A stretch of 8,570 nucleotides of DNA from NCBI GenBank assembly GCA_051294375.1, contig JBJCIZ010000964.1, positions 1-8,570 on the forward strand. Reading direction: 5' to 3'. The DNA is from Paraspadella gotoi (taxonomy: Eukaryota > Animalia > Chaetognatha). Both the position numbers and the translations under genes were made by a program. Positions 6,661 to 8,570 of the stretch are shown in pieces. The notes under the pieces were generated by a model that saw only the letters and a program-made list of their open reading frames with translations, was not told where the DNA came from and searched no databases. Numbering within the stretch: the stretch's first letter is position 1; the number at the start of each line of letters is the position of its first letter.

Positions 6661-7471
6661 TCCTCTTGCCAGTCTGGCCGACTGCGGCAGTAACTGTGAT
6701 AAAAAAAGCGATTTTTCGCCTTCACACGCGTCACAGACGATTTGCATACATTTTTTTTTACGCCGGAATAAAAAGGTCACAACATAACGACGTTCAACGC
6801 AACATAAAGTTGAGAGACGGGACTTGAAGTAAAGATTTTTCAGCTCGATAGTATTGAATTTCTACGTTGGTACTTTCTATAAATTCTTCGCGTTGGTCTG
6901 CAACGTTTTGGGATTAATAACATTTTGTTGATAGGTGATTCGTTGGTGCATATTAGATTTCTCGAGAGGTAACGATCAATGGACAGACTGCACACTCTTT
7001 ACGCTCTCGCACGGTCCACCTTTCACATCGGCCAATGCTAGCCAAAAATCATCATCAGATCAGTATTTATAGGGTATTATATACGCTTTACTAAATGTAA
7101 TAAAAAATAATGCTTTTGTACGCGCAACCATCGAGAAATCTAGCAGTTACATTGTTCTTGTCACACAGATGTCAAAATCTATGCTCGTGACTTAAGCTCC
7201 ACATCTCGGGCATAGGAGCCTGCAGCAAAAAATTCAGCGTGCTCACCCGTGAAAGAACCATCTACCACATCTTACGTGCACACGTACCAACATTATTACA
7301 TCTCACTACCTGCACTATATAACTTCCCACGTTGTCCTCATCTCTCACATCTCACATGCTCCAAAACTTTCCTCAAAACAAAGTTTTCAAACGCGAGAAA
7401 ACACCCTGGGAAGGAAATCGAGAATGAAAATGCAAAGGAGAAAGGAGATTCTGTGAGCAGAATGGAACGTT

Positions 7472-7542
7472 GAAGAGAAGAGAGAGAGAGAGAGAAGAGA
7501 AGAAGAGAAGAGAGATGAGAGAGAGAGAAGAAGAGAGAGAAA

Positions 7543-7574
<32 letters not shown>

Positions 7575-7588
7575 AGAGAGAGGGAGAG
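7472..7588 (+). repeat. Imperfect (GA)n microsatellite
   Basis: Direct reading. Confidence 0.97.
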
Positions 7589-8016
7589 TATTAGAATCTA
7601 AAAAAATCGCCACATTTTTTTTTTTCTTCTCAGGCATGTGTCAATATGCTAACTCGTAGCATTTGCCACGAAAGGGAGAGAGATAGAAAAAAAACTTTGG
7701 GACTATAATATTAGCTTTAAGCCATACCGGAAACTCAGGTCTAATATGTTTTTAGTTGCTTCTGACTTCGTCGTCGTGTCTGTACTAGTTGGCCATTTCG
7801 ACATTCATATATTTTTTTTGGTTTGAAATAATCTCCATGGAAAAAGATCGTTGGTGATTTTTGTGCATCTGTTTGTTGTTGTGTTGTGTTCGTCGTCACG
7901 CGTCGTCAACATCGATCTACATAATCATCCCATTATTCCGAGCGTTTTCCTCTGGCGTCTAGTATAAATGCCTTTTTCAATCGCATGAGCTTGTGTCGTC
8001 AGTGATGATTTTTGTC
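7582..8016 (+). repeat. Tandem duplication copy A (partner 8101..8462), carrying ~100 bp absent from copy B
   Basis: Shared anchors in order: gggagagtat, tcgtagcatttgccac, atagaaaaaaaa, aaataatctccatggaaaa, cgtcgtcaacatcg, taaatgcctttttcaat, agcttgtgtcgt, tttttgtc. Confidence 0.93.
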
Positions 8017-8017
8017 A

Positions 8018-8024
8018 AGAGAGG

Positions 8025-8062
<38 letters not shown>

Positions 8063-8107
8063 AGAGAAGAGAAGCAGAGAGAGAGAGAGAGAAGAGAGAG
8101 GGGAGAG
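8018..8107 (+). repeat. Imperfect (GA)n microsatellite separating the two duplicate copies
   Basis: Direct reading. Confidence 0.97.
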
Positions 8108-8462
8108 TATAGATCAAAAAATCTCCCACTTTTTTTTTACTCGTCCGAATGTGTTCAAATGCTAAATCGTAGCATTTGCCACAGGGAGAGAAATAGAAAA
8201 AAAAAACTTTGCGAACATTAATCAAATATTTAATTTCTTTTTTTTTTTTGGTTTTGGGAAAATAATCTCCATGGAAAAGATTCGTATGGTGATTTTTCTG
8301 TGCCAATCTATGTTGATTGTATTGTTTTGTCGATCGTCGTCGTCAACATCGTCTACAAATCACTCCCATTACTTCATCCGAGTCGTTTCCTCGTTCTCTG
8401 GCTCTAGTAATAAATGCCTTTTTCAATTCTGCATAGCTTGTGTCGTGTATAGATTTTTTGTC
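8101..8462 (+). repeat. Tandem duplication copy B of 7582..8016
   Basis: Same ordered anchors as copy A, with many small indels. Confidence 0.93.
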
Positions 8463-8469
8463 GAGGGTT

Positions 8470-8491
8470 AGAGAGAGGGAGAGAGGATAGA

Positions 8492-8523
<32 letters not shown>

Positions 8524-8545
8524 TGAAAGAGAAGAGTGATGAGAG
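8470..8545 (+). repeat. Degenerate (GA)n microsatellite
   Basis: Direct reading. Confidence 0.9.
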
Positions 8546-8570
8546 ATGAGTAGTATGAGAGATGTAGTAA

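Noticed and set aside
7274-7287. Spaced palindrome TACGTG-ca-CACGTA
   Set aside because: Single 6-bp-arm dyad with no supporting context, within chance expectation.
2885-8306. ORFs rich in ER/LS dipeptides (e.g. 2885..3148, 3909..4148, 4816..5217, 6010..6372, 7338..7637, 8012..8221)
   Set aside because: They are stop-free only because they cross GA/CT microsatellites; two of the track's ORFs also run through the N gap.

Overview
Non-coding, microsatellite-rich DNA that looks eukaryotic. AT-rich spacers, no obvious CpG depletion, ten imperfect (GA)/(CT) tracts and GAT/GAC/GAA/CCG triplet fields suggest an invertebrate, possibly an arthropod (inference). I recognise no protein-coding gene, RNA gene, CRISPR array or autonomous mobile element; nearly all listed ORFs are translations of simple repeats. 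The structure that is clearly present: (1) a ~256-bp direct repeat (1..256 vs 2683..2938); (2) a ~23-copy 22-bp minisatellite built from short palindromes, with a 6-monomer higher-order period (1120..1656); (3) a 25-N scaffold gap (3115..3139); (4) a 41/43-bp tandem duplication (4735..4818); (5) a GA-punctuated tandem duplication (7582..8016 vs 8101..8462); (6) two convergent CT...GA tract pairs that could fold back. There are also three candidate Pol II core promoters: TATA at ~2207 (+) followed by a possible short first exon, TATA at 4611 (+), and Inr+DPE at 6177 (-). Duplicate copies differ mostly by 1-bp indels, which points to poorly polished long-read or gap-filled sequence, so some duplications may be assembly artefacts. 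The sequence does not support a claim of a new biological system.
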